A DNA stretch of 64,000 nucleotides from Bacteroidales bacterium (GCA_018400295.1 JAGYMZ010000004.1:10803-74802); one strand, 5' to 3'. Numbered from the stretch's first letter, positions 15,652 through 25,669 are shown. Made by a program: numbers and translations. The notes: a model not told the origin generated them from the sequence alone.

Positions 15652-17601
15652 ATGAGCTATATTACATTCGACAAGAATCAGCTGATCAACCTGGAATATT
15701 CCCTGGGCAAGGAACTGATCCGCTCCAACAGGGCCGGGGCTTATGGCAGTATGACCATCATATGCTGCAACACGCGGAAATACCACGGATTGCTGGTAGC
15801 GCCGCAGCCGGGGATCGATGCCGAAAACCATGTGCTGCTGTCTGCCCTCGATGAGACCGTGATACAGCATGATGCGGAGTTTAACCTCGCCATCCATAAA
15901 TACCCGGGCGGGGTCTATCACCCGAAGGGACATAAATACATACGGGATTTTGTCCTGGAACCCATGCCATACCTTATTTATCGCGTTGGCGGGGTGGTGC
16001 TGAAAAAGGAAATGGTGCTGATGGGCAAACACAACCGTGCCCTGATCAAATATACGCTGCTGGACGCACATTCCCCCACTACCCTGCGATTGCGCCCTTT
16101 CCTGGCCTTCCGCAATGTGCACAGGCTGAGCAAGGCCAACATGGACCTCCGGGATAAGTACGAACCGGTGGAAAACGGCATTAAAATGCGCCTGTATCCG
16201 GGCTACTCGCCCCTGTATATGCAGATTTCCAAAGAAGCCGAGTATGTCCATGTGCCCGGGTGGTTCTACAATATCGAATACCACGAAGAAATGATCCGGG
16301 GATATGATTACCAGGAAGACCTTTTCGTACCGGGCTTCTTTGATGTGCCCATGAAAAAGGATGAACCGGTCATTTTTGCGGCCGGGACCGGCCTGGTCAA
16401 TCCAAAGGGGCTCAAGCGGGCTTTTACCATGGAGGTGAAAGACCGCATACCCCGCGACAGCTTTGAAAATTGCCTGGTCAATGCAGCCCGGCAGTTTATT
16501 GTTCGCGGAAAAGACCGCACCGAGGTGGTTGCCGGGTTTCCCTGGTTCGGACGCTGGGGACGCGATACTTTCATCGCCCTGCCCGGTCTGACCCTGTGCA
16601 CCGGCGATGCCAAAACCTGCAGGGATGTGCTGGATACCATGGTGGCCGACCTGAACGGGCCGCTTTTCCCCAATGTGGGCAAAGGAGATGCATCCAATTA
16701 CCATTCCATCGATGCGCCCCTCTGGTTTTTCTGGGCTCTGCAGCAATATGCACAACATACCGGAAAAAAGGCCGCCATTTGGAAGGATTACGGAAAAAAA
16801 ATGCGCATGATCCTCAATGGATACAGGGATGGAACGGATTTTAACATCCATATGCAGGATGACGGACTGATATACGGGGGCGGGCCCGGACTGGCGCTGA
16901 CGTGGATGGATGCTGTTGTGGATGGTAAGCCGGTAACACCCCGCACCGGGCTGGATGTGGAGATCAATGCCTTATGGTACAATGCCATACGCTTCAGCAT
17001 AGAAGCGGCAGAAGCCGCCGGAAACAAGAAATTCGCCGCCGAATGGCAGCCTGTGGCCGACCGCATACCGCAGTCATTTTCGGAGGCATTCTACGACAGG
17101 GAAAAAGGATACCTGGCGGATGTGGTGGACGGCGACCGGAAAGATTTCACGGTGCGCCCCAACCAGATCTTTGCGGTTTCCCTTCCATATAGTCCGGTGA
17201 GTGATGAGCTTGCATCGCAAGTGGTGGATACCGTGCAGCGGGAGTTGCTGACACCCCGCGGATTGCGGACCCTCTCGCCAAAGAACCCGGATTACAAAGG
17301 AATATATTATGGTACGCAAAAACAACGCGATCGTGCATACCACCAGGGAACCGCATGGCCCTGGTTGCTCGGCCACTTCGCGGAAGCCTACCTCAAAATG
17401 CATGGTGTTAGTGGCGTACCCTTTGTTAAAGAACTGTACAATGGCTTTGAAGAAGAAATGACAGAGGCCGGGGTCGGCACTATATCCGAAGTATACGACG
17501 GAGATCCGCCCCATAAGTCCGGCGGAGCCATATCCCAGGCCTGGAGTGTTTCGGAGCTGCTGAGGATCAGACGGATGCTGGAGGAGCTCGAGGCGGACTG
17601 A
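15652..17601 (+). CDS. Glycogen debranching enzyme (amylo-alpha-1,6-glucosidase, GDE_C type with GDE N-terminal domain)
   Basis: 649 aa. Motifs RKYHGLLV, GFPWFGRWGRDTFIALPGL, ALWYNA, and the C-terminal QGTAWPWLLGHF...ISEVYDGDPPH...GAISQAWSV are typical of the archaeal/eukaryote-like GDE family. Confidence 0.9.
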   Translation: MSYITFDKNQLINLEYSLGKELIRSNRAGAYGSMTIICCNTRKYHGLLVAPQPGIDAENHVLLSALDETVIQHDAEFNLAIHKYPGGVYHPKGHKYIRDFVLEPMPYLIYRVGGVVLKKEMVLMGKHNRALIKYTLLDAHSPTTLRLRPFLAFRNVHRLSKANMDLRDKYEPVENGIKMRLYPGYSPLYMQISKEAEYVHVPGWFYNIEYHEEMIRGYDYQEDLFVPGFFDVPMKKDEPVIFAAGTGLVNPKGLKRAFTMEVKDRIPRDSFENCLVNAARQFIVRGKDRTEVVAGFPWFGRWGRDTFIALPGLTLCTGDAKTCRDVLDTMVADLNGPLFPNVGKGDASNYHSIDAPLWFFWALQQYAQHTGKKAAIWKDYGKKMRMILNGYRDGTDFNIHMQDDGLIYGGGPGLALTWMDAVVDGKPVTPRTGLDVEINALWYNAIRFSIEAAEAAGNKKFAAEWQPVADRIPQSFSEAFYDREKGYLADVVDGDRKDFTVRPNQIFAVSLPYSPVSDELASQVVDTVQRELLTPRGLRTLSPKNPDYKGIYYGTQKQRDRAYHQGTAWPWLLGHFAEAYLKMHGVSGVPFVKELYNGFEEEMTEAGVGTISEVYDGDPPHKSGGAISQAWSVSELLRIRRMLEELEAD

Positions 17602-17687
17602 GCGGTGGGGTACGTGGGTGATCGCGCAGACAGGAGGGAGCAGGGAAGGTTTGCGATGGTAGATACAATGTAATACGAATCGATGTT

Positions 17688-18968
17688 ATGAGAGTACTTA
17701 TGTTTGGGTGGGAGTTCCCGCCCCATATTACCGGTGGATTGGGGACGGCTTGTTTCGGCCTGACCAAAGGACTGCTGAAGCAGGCCACGGAAGTGATCTT
17801 TGTTGTGCCCAAGGCTTTTGGCGATGAAAGCCAGGAGGCTGTGCGCCTGGTGAACGCCAGCGATGTGCTGGTGGATTATACGGATAAGTCAACGCAGGAA
17901 TACTGGCGCAGGATCACCTATATGCAAATCGGTTCCAACCTCATCCCGTATGTGGGCCCGGAAGCGTTCAGGAGGATCGCTGCAGAAAGTGAGCTGGAAA
18001 AGCAGGACAGCGAGGATAAGGTGCTTTCTAAAAAGTTTGAGTTCTCGGGTAAATACGGGAAAAACCTGATGGATGAGGTGAGAAGATATGCCCTGATCGC
18101 TTCGGCCATCGCTTCCCGGTATGAATTCGATGTGATCCACGCGCACGACTGGCTTACCTATCCGGCCGGTATCGCCGCCAGAAGCGTAAGCGGTAAGCCG
18201 CTGGTAACCCATATGCATGCCACGGAGTTTGACCGTTCGGGGGAGCATGTGAACAAGGATGTATACGACATTGAGAAGAAAGGGATGGAAGAGGCCGACC
18301 GCGTGATCGCTGTCAGCAACCTGACCCGCAACGTGGTCATCCGGCGGTACGGCATCGATCCCGGAAAGGTCACCACCATCTATAATGCGGTGGAACCCAG
18401 CGAAAAGTCTGGGGTGGAGGCCCGCCGGTACGTGAAGGAAAAGGTGGTCACATTCCTGGGGCGGATCACCTTCCAGAAAGGCCCGGATTATTTTGTGGAG
18501 GCGGCCAAAATGGTCCTTGACAAAGATCCTGATGTCCGCTTTGTGATGGCCGGGTCGGGGGATATGATGAACAAGATCATCCGGCGGGTGGCGGAACTGA
18601 AAATATCCACCCGGTTCCATTTTGCCGGTTTTTTGCGCGGACAGGAAGTGGACAAAATGTTTTCCCTCAGCGATGCCTTCGTGATGCCCTCGGTGTCGGA
18701 ACCTTTCGGACTGGTACCCCTGGAGGCCATGCGATCGAATGTTCCGGTAGTCATATCCCGCCAGTCGGGGGTTTCCGAGATACTGGTGCATGCCCTCAAA
18801 GTGGATTTCTGGGATGTCCACGCCCTGGCGGATGCCATATACGGATTGCTTCATTATGAGGGACTGTCAAAAATGTTCCGCCGCTATGGCAAAGACGAAG
18901 TGGATAGCCTCAAATGGGAAAACGCTGCATTCCAGGTTAAGCAAGTATATCAAAATTTGGTCGGATAA
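17688..18968 (+). CDS. Glycosyltransferase family 4 (GT-B, glycogen-synthase-like)
   Basis: N-terminal MFGWEFPPHITGGLGTA, HAHDWLT, and the C-terminal EPFGLVPLEAM (E-x7-E) motif of retaining GT-B enzymes. It sits 20 nt upstream of the GH57 gene. Confidence 0.85.
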   Translation: MRVLMFGWEFPPHITGGLGTACFGLTKGLLKQATEVIFVVPKAFGDESQEAVRLVNASDVLVDYTDKSTQEYWRRITYMQIGSNLIPYVGPEAFRRIAAESELEKQDSEDKVLSKKFEFSGKYGKNLMDEVRRYALIASAIASRYEFDVIHAHDWLTYPAGIAARSVSGKPLVTHMHATEFDRSGEHVNKDVYDIEKKGMEEADRVIAVSNLTRNVVIRRYGIDPGKVTTIYNAVEPSEKSGVEARRYVKEKVVTFLGRITFQKGPDYFVEAAKMVLDKDPDVRFVMAGSGDMMNKIIRRVAELKISTRFHFAGFLRGQEVDKMFSLSDAFVMPSVSEPFGLVPLEAMRSNVPVVISRQSGVSEILVHALKVDFWDVHALADAIYGLLHYEGLSKMFRRYGKDEVDSLKWENAAFQVKQVYQNLVG

Positions 18969-18988
18969 TCATTTTTAACAGGATAACT

Positions 18989-20560
18989 ATGAGATCAATC
19001 TGTTTTTATTTTCAGGTACACCAGCCCTTTCGTCTGAAACCATACCGTTTTTTCAACATCGGTGATGATCACCAGTATTACGATGAGCATCAGAATAAAA
19101 TGATCATGCGCCGGGTGGCGGAGAAGTGCTACCTGCCGATGAACAAGATCCTGCTGGCCCATCTGAAGGAATACGGAGAGGCCTTTAAGATCAGCTTTTC
19201 CATTTCCGGCGTGGCCCTGGAGCAATTCGAAAGGTATGCACCGGATGTCCTGGAAAGTTTTAAGGAACTTGCCCGGACCGGTCAGGTGGAGTTCCTGGCG
19301 GAGACCTATGGACACTCGCTTTCATCACTGAAAAGCAAGGAAGAGTTTTTCCGGCAGGTCCGCAAACACAGCGATAGGACCGGAGAGTTGTTCGGACAGA
19401 AGCCGGCAACCTTCAGGAATACGGAGCTTGTATATTCGGATGAAATAGGGGAAATGGTCTCGGAGATGGGTTATAAAACCATGCTGACCGAAGGGGCCCG
19501 GCATGTTCTGGGCTGGAAAAGCCCGAATTATATGTATTGTAATGCCGTTAACCCCAAACTGAAGGTGCTGCTGAAAAACTTCAGGTTGAGCGATGATATC
19601 GCGTTTCGGTTTTCACAACGAAGCTGGGAAGAGTGGCCCCTGACTGCGGAGAAGTTCGTGGGCTGGCTTGGTGCCACAGACCCTAAGGAGGAAGTTGTGA
19701 ACCTGTTTATGGACTACGAAACGTTTGGCGAACACCAGTGGCCTGAAACGGGCATCTTTGATTTTATGCGCGCACTGCCGGCACGGGTCTTTTCCCATTC
19801 CAACTTCAGTTTCAATACACCGTCGGAGCTGGCGCAGAAGATGCAGCCCGTGGGGGCCGTACACGTTCCGTACCCCGTATCATGGGCGGACGAAGAAAGG
19901 GACCTCACAGCCTGGCTGGGCAATGAACTTCAGGATGAAGCCTTTGAAAAACTCTATGCGCTGGAGCCGAAGGTTCGTCAAGTTGAAGATGAACATCTAT
20001 GGCACGACTGGACCCTGCTGCAAACCAGCGACCATTTTTATTACATGTGCACCAAGTGGTTCAGCGACGGAGATGTGCATAAATACTTCAATCCCTATGG
20101 TACTCCCTACGATGCCTTTATCAATTATATGAATGTGTTGTCAGACTTTATCATACGCCTGGACAATGCACTGGAAGGGAAAGCACACGATACCCTCAGG
20201 GAGAAGCAAACAGAATATACCGATGAGCTGCGCAGGGTATTTAAACGCAAGAGCCGGGAGACACAGGAGCGGGTCCGCAGGGCGGTTAAAAAAGGCAGCA
20301 TTGAGTTTGGTGAGATCGTCCAGGTATCCAATAACCGTGTCAAAGAAATGATACGCGAGGTGGATACGAAAGAACTGGTCATTGCATTGCAGGATGCCAA
20401 CACGGAGATTCGTGAAAAGGTTTTCCGGAATATGGGTGTCCGGGCCAGAAAGAACTTTGATGCGTTTGAAAAGGAGCTGAAAAAGGTACGCAATAAGGAC
20501 GTAAAGAAATTCCGCGCCCGCATTGAGAACATAATGAACCGGCAGGGCCGTAAAAAATAA
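18989..20560 (+). CDS. Glycoside hydrolase family 57 alpha-glucan enzyme with a FliG_C/MgtE_N-like C-terminal extension
   Basis: GH57 conserved regions are present: FQVHQPFRL, GQVEFL, FRNTELVYS (nucleophile Glu context), MDYETFGEH (acid/base Asp context). The last ~85 aa read IREVDTKELVIALQDANTEIREKVFRNMGVRARKNF...VRNKDVKKFRARIENIMN, closely paralleling the FliG C-terminal motif. Confidence 0.85.
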   Translation: MRSICFYFQVHQPFRLKPYRFFNIGDDHQYYDEHQNKMIMRRVAEKCYLPMNKILLAHLKEYGEAFKISFSISGVALEQFERYAPDVLESFKELARTGQVEFLAETYGHSLSSLKSKEEFFRQVRKHSDRTGELFGQKPATFRNTELVYSDEIGEMVSEMGYKTMLTEGARHVLGWKSPNYMYCNAVNPKLKVLLKNFRLSDDIAFRFSQRSWEEWPLTAEKFVGWLGATDPKEEVVNLFMDYETFGEHQWPETGIFDFMRALPARVFSHSNFSFNTPSELAQKMQPVGAVHVPYPVSWADEERDLTAWLGNELQDEAFEKLYALEPKVRQVEDEHLWHDWTLLQTSDHFYYMCTKWFSDGDVHKYFNPYGTPYDAFINYMNVLSDFIIRLDNALEGKAHDTLREKQTEYTDELRRVFKRKSRETQERVRRAVKKGSIEFGEIVQVSNNRVKEMIREVDTKELVIALQDANTEIREKVFRNMGVRARKNFDAFEKELKKVRNKDVKKFRARIENIMNRQGRKK

Positions 20561-20570
20561 GGGGTACGCT

Positions 20571-21326
20571 ATGGATCTCAGGATACATGATCAGTTATTT
20601 CTGGTTACCGGCGCCAGTTCCGGATTGGGCAGGGCTGTTCTGGAAAGGCTTGTCGAAGAGGGAGCAGCGGCCATTGCTGTTGCCCGCAAGGAGGCTGACC
20701 TGCAAATGATCGCCCGGGAATATCCAAACGTGGAATACATCGCAGGGGATGTAACGCATGCAGATACATTGAAAGCCATCGAAGGGCTTGTCAGCAAACG
20801 GAAGCTCAGCGGCGTCTTTGTTAATGCCGGAGGCCCGCCGGCCATGACCTTTATGGAATCTACGCCGGATGACTGGGACCGGGCGTATGCCGGCGTATTC
20901 CGCTGGAAAATGGTGCTGGTGCAGCAACTGATCCCGCATATGCGCAGGAATGCTTATGGCCGGATACTTTTCAGTGAGAGCGTGTCGGTCGTGCACCCGG
21001 TGGAAACCCTGGTGCTCAGCAACGCCTTGAGAATGGCCGTGGTGGGCATGGCCCGTACCATTGCAAGTGAAGTGGCGGGCGACGGAATTACTGCCAATGT
21101 GATCGGTCCCGGATATCACGAGACCAATGCCATACAAAGATTGTTTGATAAAAAGAGCCGGCAGGCCGGAATAACGACGGAACAAGCACGGCAACAGACC
21201 CTTGATAAAATACCCCTGGGCAGGACGGGAGACCCGCATGACTTTGCTTCCCTTGCCGTATGGCTCCTGTCGCCGCTGTCAAATTATGTGACCGGTGAAA
21301 CATTTATGGTGAGCGGGGGAGCCTGA
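20571..21326 (+). CDS. SDR family oxidoreductase
   Basis: TGASSGLGRA cofactor motif, NAGG, and a classical short-chain dehydrogenase length of 251 aa. It starts 10 nt after the GH57 stop. Confidence 0.85.
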   Translation: MDLRIHDQLFLVTGASSGLGRAVLERLVEEGAAAIAVARKEADLQMIAREYPNVEYIAGDVTHADTLKAIEGLVSKRKLSGVFVNAGGPPAMTFMESTPDDWDRAYAGVFRWKMVLVQQLIPHMRRNAYGRILFSESVSVVHPVETLVLSNALRMAVVGMARTIASEVAGDGITANVIGPGYHETNAIQRLFDKKSRQAGITTEQARQQTLDKIPLGRTGDPHDFASLAVWLLSPLSNYVTGETFMVSGGA

Positions 21327-21445
21327 AAATCACACACCGCAGGCTATATCCCGTGATGCGTTCGCTCCCGCAAGGTGGGTGGAAGCATCCTGTACCTTAT
21401 GCCTGAAGATGAATTGAATATTTTACAAACCAAATTTTATGATTC

Positions 21446-24400
21446 ATGAAACCCGATTATTTATTTGAAGTCAGCTGGGAAATTTGTAATAAAGTGGGCG
21501 GGATCCACACGGTGATATCCACCAAGGCCATTAGCCTGGCCGGCGATCTGAAGGATAATTACATCCTTATTGGTCCCGATGTGTGGAAAGAGACCAGCGG
21601 CAACCCGGATTTTATTGAAGACCCCTATATTTATCGTGCCTGGCGGGAAAAAGCCAACCAGGAAGGCCTGAACATTCGCGCCGGACGATGGAACGTAGCC
21701 GGACAACCGGTGGTGGTGCTGGTGGATTTTACCCCCTATTTTACTGAGAAAGACAAGATATTTTTTGAATTCTGGGAAAAGTATAAGCTGGATTCCCTTT
21801 CCGGGCAATGGGATTATATCGAGCCCGCCATGTTCGGGTATGCAGCCGCCAGGGTGATCGAAAGTTTTTACGATTTTAATGTGTCGGCCCAGGACAGGCT
21901 CGTGGCACAGTTCCATGAATGGATGACAGGCACGGGGGTTTTGTACCTGAAAAGTCATGTGCCCCAGGCCGCCACTGTTTTTACCACCCATGCCACCGTC
22001 ATGGGCCGCACCATAGCCGGAAACGGCATGCCGCTGTATCCTGACCTGGAAAAGTTCGATGTCCGAGAGCTTAGCCGTGAACTTAACGTGGCGTCCAAAC
22101 ATTCGCTTGAAAAAACAGCCGCCGGGGAAGCCGATGCCTTTACTACGGTCAGTGAGATCACGGGAAAGGAATGCAAGGCTTTCCTGGAACGGGACTGTGA
22201 TGTGATCACCGTGAACGGCTTCGAGGATTCGTTCGTTCCTGCGGAAGAAGCATATGAAGGAAAACGCAAGGCAGCACGGGAAACATTGCGGGGCGTGATG
22301 CACGGGCTGCTTAACCAGGAGGTTCCGGAGGATAGCCTCATGGTGATCAACAGCGGACGCTATGAGTATAAAAACAAGGGCATAGACCTGTATATTGATG
22401 CGCTGGGGAAACTGAACCGCTCGGCAGACCTGAAAAAAGATATCATCGGGGTCATCGCTGTTCCGGCCCACCAGTCGGGCATGCGCCTGAACCTCCGGGA
22501 GCGGCTGAATAATCCGGATTTCAGCAATCCTGTGTCCGGGGAATACCTGACACACCATCTTTACGATGAGGCCAATGACCCCATCCTGAACCGCATCAGG
22601 GAAAACGGGTTGAACAATTCACCGGACGACCGTGTCAAGATCATTTTCATCCCGGCATACCTGAACGGCCAGGATGGCATGTTTGATCTGGAGTATTATG
22701 ATTTTCTGGCCGGGTTCGACCTGTCCGTTTTTCCTTCGTATTATGAGCCCTGGGGATATACACCCATGGAAAGTGCCGCCTTCCGCATCCCGACCGTTAC
22801 GGCCACCTATGCGGGCTTCGGCCTGTGGGTGCAGTCGCAGGCCCGCAAAGATCAGCAAGGTGTGTATATCCTTGACCGCGACAAGCCGGATGAAGCATCG
22901 GTGGAAACCATCGCCGGGATCATCCGCTCTTTTGCCAGCGGTTCGAAGGAATTCACGGACCGGGCACGCCGGGATGCGTACGAAATATCCCGCATGACCC
23001 TGTGGTCTGAGTTTATCCGCTTCTATTACGAGGCTTATGCTGTGGCCCTGGAAAAATCCCTGTCGCGCGAGCACCTCTTCACAGGGAAATTGCAACAATA
23101 CCCCTATTTTGATTTTAAGGAAACACAAAAGGAGGGGCCTTCCTGGAAGAAGCTGGAGGTCAAGGCCGAAATACCGGAAAAACTGGAAGGTCTTCATGAT
23201 CTGTCCAGGAACCTCTGGTGGTCGTGGAACTGTGAGGCTACCGAACTTTTTGAGAAGATTGACCCGGAGAAATGGGAAGCATTCCAGCACAACCCCATTG
23301 TATTGCTGGAATCCTTACCCTATGAACGCTGGAGGGAGCTGGAGCAGGATGAAGAATTCGTATCTCAGTTTGGCCGGGTGTATGATCACTTTGTTTCATA
23401 TTGCGAAAAATCCCCGGCAAATGATGAAGGGCAGATCGCTTATTTCAGTATGGAGTTCGGTCTGCATGAGTCCTTGAAGCTGTATTCGGGTGGACTTGGT
23501 GTGCTTGCAGGGGATTACCTTAAGCAGGCCAGCGATTCCAATAAGGATATGGTCGGGGTGGGACTGCTATACCGTTATGGGTATTTTCAGCAGAAACTTT
23601 CGGCTTTCGGTGAGCAGATCTCCGAATATGAGCGCCAGTCTTTTTTTACGCTCCCCCTGCATCCGGTGAAGGATGAGCAGGGCCAGTGGGTAACCCTGAG
23701 CATGGCCTTGCCCGGACGTACGCTCAGGGCCAGGATATGGAGGGTGGATGTGGGACGCATACCCCTTTATCTGATGGATACGGACTTTGATGAGAATGCT
23801 GAAAAAGACCGGGCCATTACCCACCATCTTTATGGGGGCGATAACGAACAGCGCTTGCGGCAGGAACTGCTGCTTGGCGTCGGGGGCATACGCTTGCTCA
23901 ATATCCTGAACATCCGCCCCGATGTATATCACATCAACGAAGGCCACGCTGCTTTCATCGGCATAGAACGGCTGCGCGGGTTGACACAGGACCATAAGCT
24001 GGCTTTTGACGAAGCCCTGGAGATCGTGCGGGCCTCCACGCTTTTTACAACCCATACACCTGTGCCGGCCGGACATGATACATTCAGCGAGGATCTGCTG
24101 CGGACCTATATCCCGCATTATGCCGATCGCCTGAACATCGGTTGGGACCATTTTATGGGCCTGGGCAGGGCAGGGAAGGAAAACAGCGGTCCGTTCTCGA
24201 TGAGCATCCTGGCCCTGAAAATGGCCCAGGAAGTGAACGGGGTGAGCCGCATACACGGAAATGTCACCAGACAAATGTTTTCTCCCCTTTATCCCGGATA
24301 TTATCCCGGTGAATTGCATATCGGGCACGTTACCAACGGCATCCATTATCCGACCTGGACCGCCCGACAGTTCAAGCGTATGTACGATAATGAGCTTGGC

Positions 24401-25669
24401 AGGCGTTTTTTCAACGATCAGTCGAACCACAGCCTGTGGCGGAAGATCCACCAGGTTCCTTCAGAGGCGCTCTGGAAGCTTCGCTTTGAAATGAAAAAGA
24501 AGCTCATCGATTTTTTGAAGCGCCGGATCGGCCATGAGATGACCCAACGGCAGGATCCGCCCAACCTGGTGCTGAAAGCTGTGGAGGCACTGGATCCGGA
24601 CAAGCTGACTTTTGGGTTTGCACGGCGCTTTGCAACATACAAGCGGGCTCACCTGCTGTTCAATAACCTGGACAGGCTGGCAGGCCTGCTGGGTGATCCC
24701 GCCAGGCCGGTGCAGATCATTTATTCGGGCAAGGCACATCCCAATGATAAAGCCGGACAGGACCTGATCAAAAGGATCATAGAAATATCCAAAATGCCGG
24801 CGTTCATCGGTAAGGTTTTTTTCCTGGAAAATTACGATATGAACGTAGCCCGCATGTTGGTGCAGGGAGTGGACGTGTGGTTGAACACACCCACACGGCC
24901 GCAGGAAGCTTCCGGTACCAGCGGTGAGAAGGCCATCATGAACGGGGTGCTGAACTTCAGCGTTCTGGACGGATGGTGGGCGGAAGGATACCGCCCCGGT
25001 GCCGGATGGGCCGTCAGTGAAGGCAGGACATACGACAACCAGCAGTTCCAGAATGAGCTGGATGCAGAGACCATTTACAATATACTGGAAAACAATATCA
25101 TACCCCTGTATTATGACAGGAGTAACAAGGACATACCGGTTGAGTGGCTTGCTATGGTCAAGAACTGTATTTCAGACGTGAATCACATGTTTACGATGAA
25201 GCGCATGCTGGATGAATATTATGAGAAATATTACCGCAAGCTTGTTGGCCGCAGCCGGGAAATGAAAAAGGATGCCTATGCGCTTGCCGCCAGAATGGCA
25301 ACGTGGAAAAAACATATACTTTCAGCCTGGGACGGCATCGGGGTGGTATCCATGAAGCTTCCGGATCCTGCCGGGTATCCCCTGAAGCTGGGCGATGCGT
25401 TCAAAGCGGAGATCAAGTTGAACACCAATGGCATAGAAGCCGGAAATATTGGCGTGGAACTGATATTCGGACACCATATGTCGTCCGGCAGCACAGATCC
25501 CCTGGGTATCGTAGCCCTGGAACTGGTCAACGCATATAAAGAAACCGCTACATACGCCATCAGCGTACCGGTGGAATATACCGGCAAAATGGACTTTTCT
25601 TTCCGGATATTCCCGGTCCACCCGTCTTTGCCTCACAGGCAGGATTTCGGGCTGGTGAAATGGTTGTAG
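21446..25669 (+). CDS. Fusion protein: GT3 (eukaryote-type) glycogen synthase N-terminal half plus GT35 alpha-glucan phosphorylase C-terminal half
   Basis: The N-terminus FEVSWEICNKVGGIHTVISTKA...FHEWMTG...YYEPWGYTPMES is the GT3 glycogen synthase pattern. From about aa 590, YFSMEFGLHESLKLYSGGLGVLAGDYLKQASD, NEGHAAF, and PQEASGTSGEKAIMNG (PLP-Lys context) match the alpha-glucan phosphorylase family. It is a single 1407-aa ORF with no internal stop. Confidence 0.9.
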   Translation: MKPDYLFEVSWEICNKVGGIHTVISTKAISLAGDLKDNYILIGPDVWKETSGNPDFIEDPYIYRAWREKANQEGLNIRAGRWNVAGQPVVVLVDFTPYFTEKDKIFFEFWEKYKLDSLSGQWDYIEPAMFGYAAARVIESFYDFNVSAQDRLVAQFHEWMTGTGVLYLKSHVPQAATVFTTHATVMGRTIAGNGMPLYPDLEKFDVRELSRELNVASKHSLEKTAAGEADAFTTVSEITGKECKAFLERDCDVITVNGFEDSFVPAEEAYEGKRKAARETLRGVMHGLLNQEVPEDSLMVINSGRYEYKNKGIDLYIDALGKLNRSADLKKDIIGVIAVPAHQSGMRLNLRERLNNPDFSNPVSGEYLTHHLYDEANDPILNRIRENGLNNSPDDRVKIIFIPAYLNGQDGMFDLEYYDFLAGFDLSVFPSYYEPWGYTPMESAAFRIPTVTATYAGFGLWVQSQARKDQQGVYILDRDKPDEASVETIAGIIRSFASGSKEFTDRARRDAYEISRMTLWSEFIRFYYEAYAVALEKSLSREHLFTGKLQQYPYFDFKETQKEGPSWKKLEVKAEIPEKLEGLHDLSRNLWWSWNCEATELFEKIDPEKWEAFQHNPIVLLESLPYERWRELEQDEEFVSQFGRVYDHFVSYCEKSPANDEGQIAYFSMEFGLHESLKLYSGGLGVLAGDYLKQASDSNKDMVGVGLLYRYGYFQQKLSAFGEQISEYERQSFFTLPLHPVKDEQGQWVTLSMALPGRTLRARIWRVDVGRIPLYLMDTDFDENAEKDRAITHHLYGGDNEQRLRQELLLGVGGIRLLNILNIRPDVYHINEGHAAFIGIERLRGLTQDHKLAFDEALEIVRASTLFTTHTPVPAGHDTFSEDLLRTYIPHYADRLNIGWDHFMGLGRAGKENSGPFSMSILALKMAQEVNGVSRIHGNVTRQMFSPLYPGYYPGELHIGHVTNGIHYPTWTARQFKRMYDNELGRRFFNDQSNHSLWRKIHQVPSEALWKLRFEMKKKLIDFLKRRIGHEMTQRQDPPNLVLKAVEALDPDKLTFGFARRFATYKRAHLLFNNLDRLAGLLGDPARPVQIIYSGKAHPNDKAGQDLIKRIIEISKMPAFIGKVFFLENYDMNVARMLVQGVDVWLNTPTRPQEASGTSGEKAIMNGVLNFSVLDGWWAEGYRPGAGWAVSEGRTYDNQQFQNELDAETIYNILENNIIPLYYDRSNKDIPVEWLAMVKNCISDVNHMFTMKRMLDEYYEKYYRKLVGRSREMKKDAYALAARMATWKKHILSAWDGIGVVSMKLPDPAGYPLKLGDAFKAEIKLNTNGIEAGNIGVELIFGHHMSSGSTDPLGIVALELVNAYKETATYAISVPVEYTGKMDFSFRIFPVHPSLPHRQDFGLVKWL

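Noticed and set aside
15646-16851. Long ORFs antisense to real genes: 15646-16851, 21461-22558, 23567-24451, 25813-26655, 32221-33357, 39835-40623 and 51834-52865
   Set aside because: Each lies entirely opposite a gene with clear family motifs. Their translations are low-complexity (rich in R, G, P, H) and have no recognisable motifs. These are shadow ORFs caused by codon composition.
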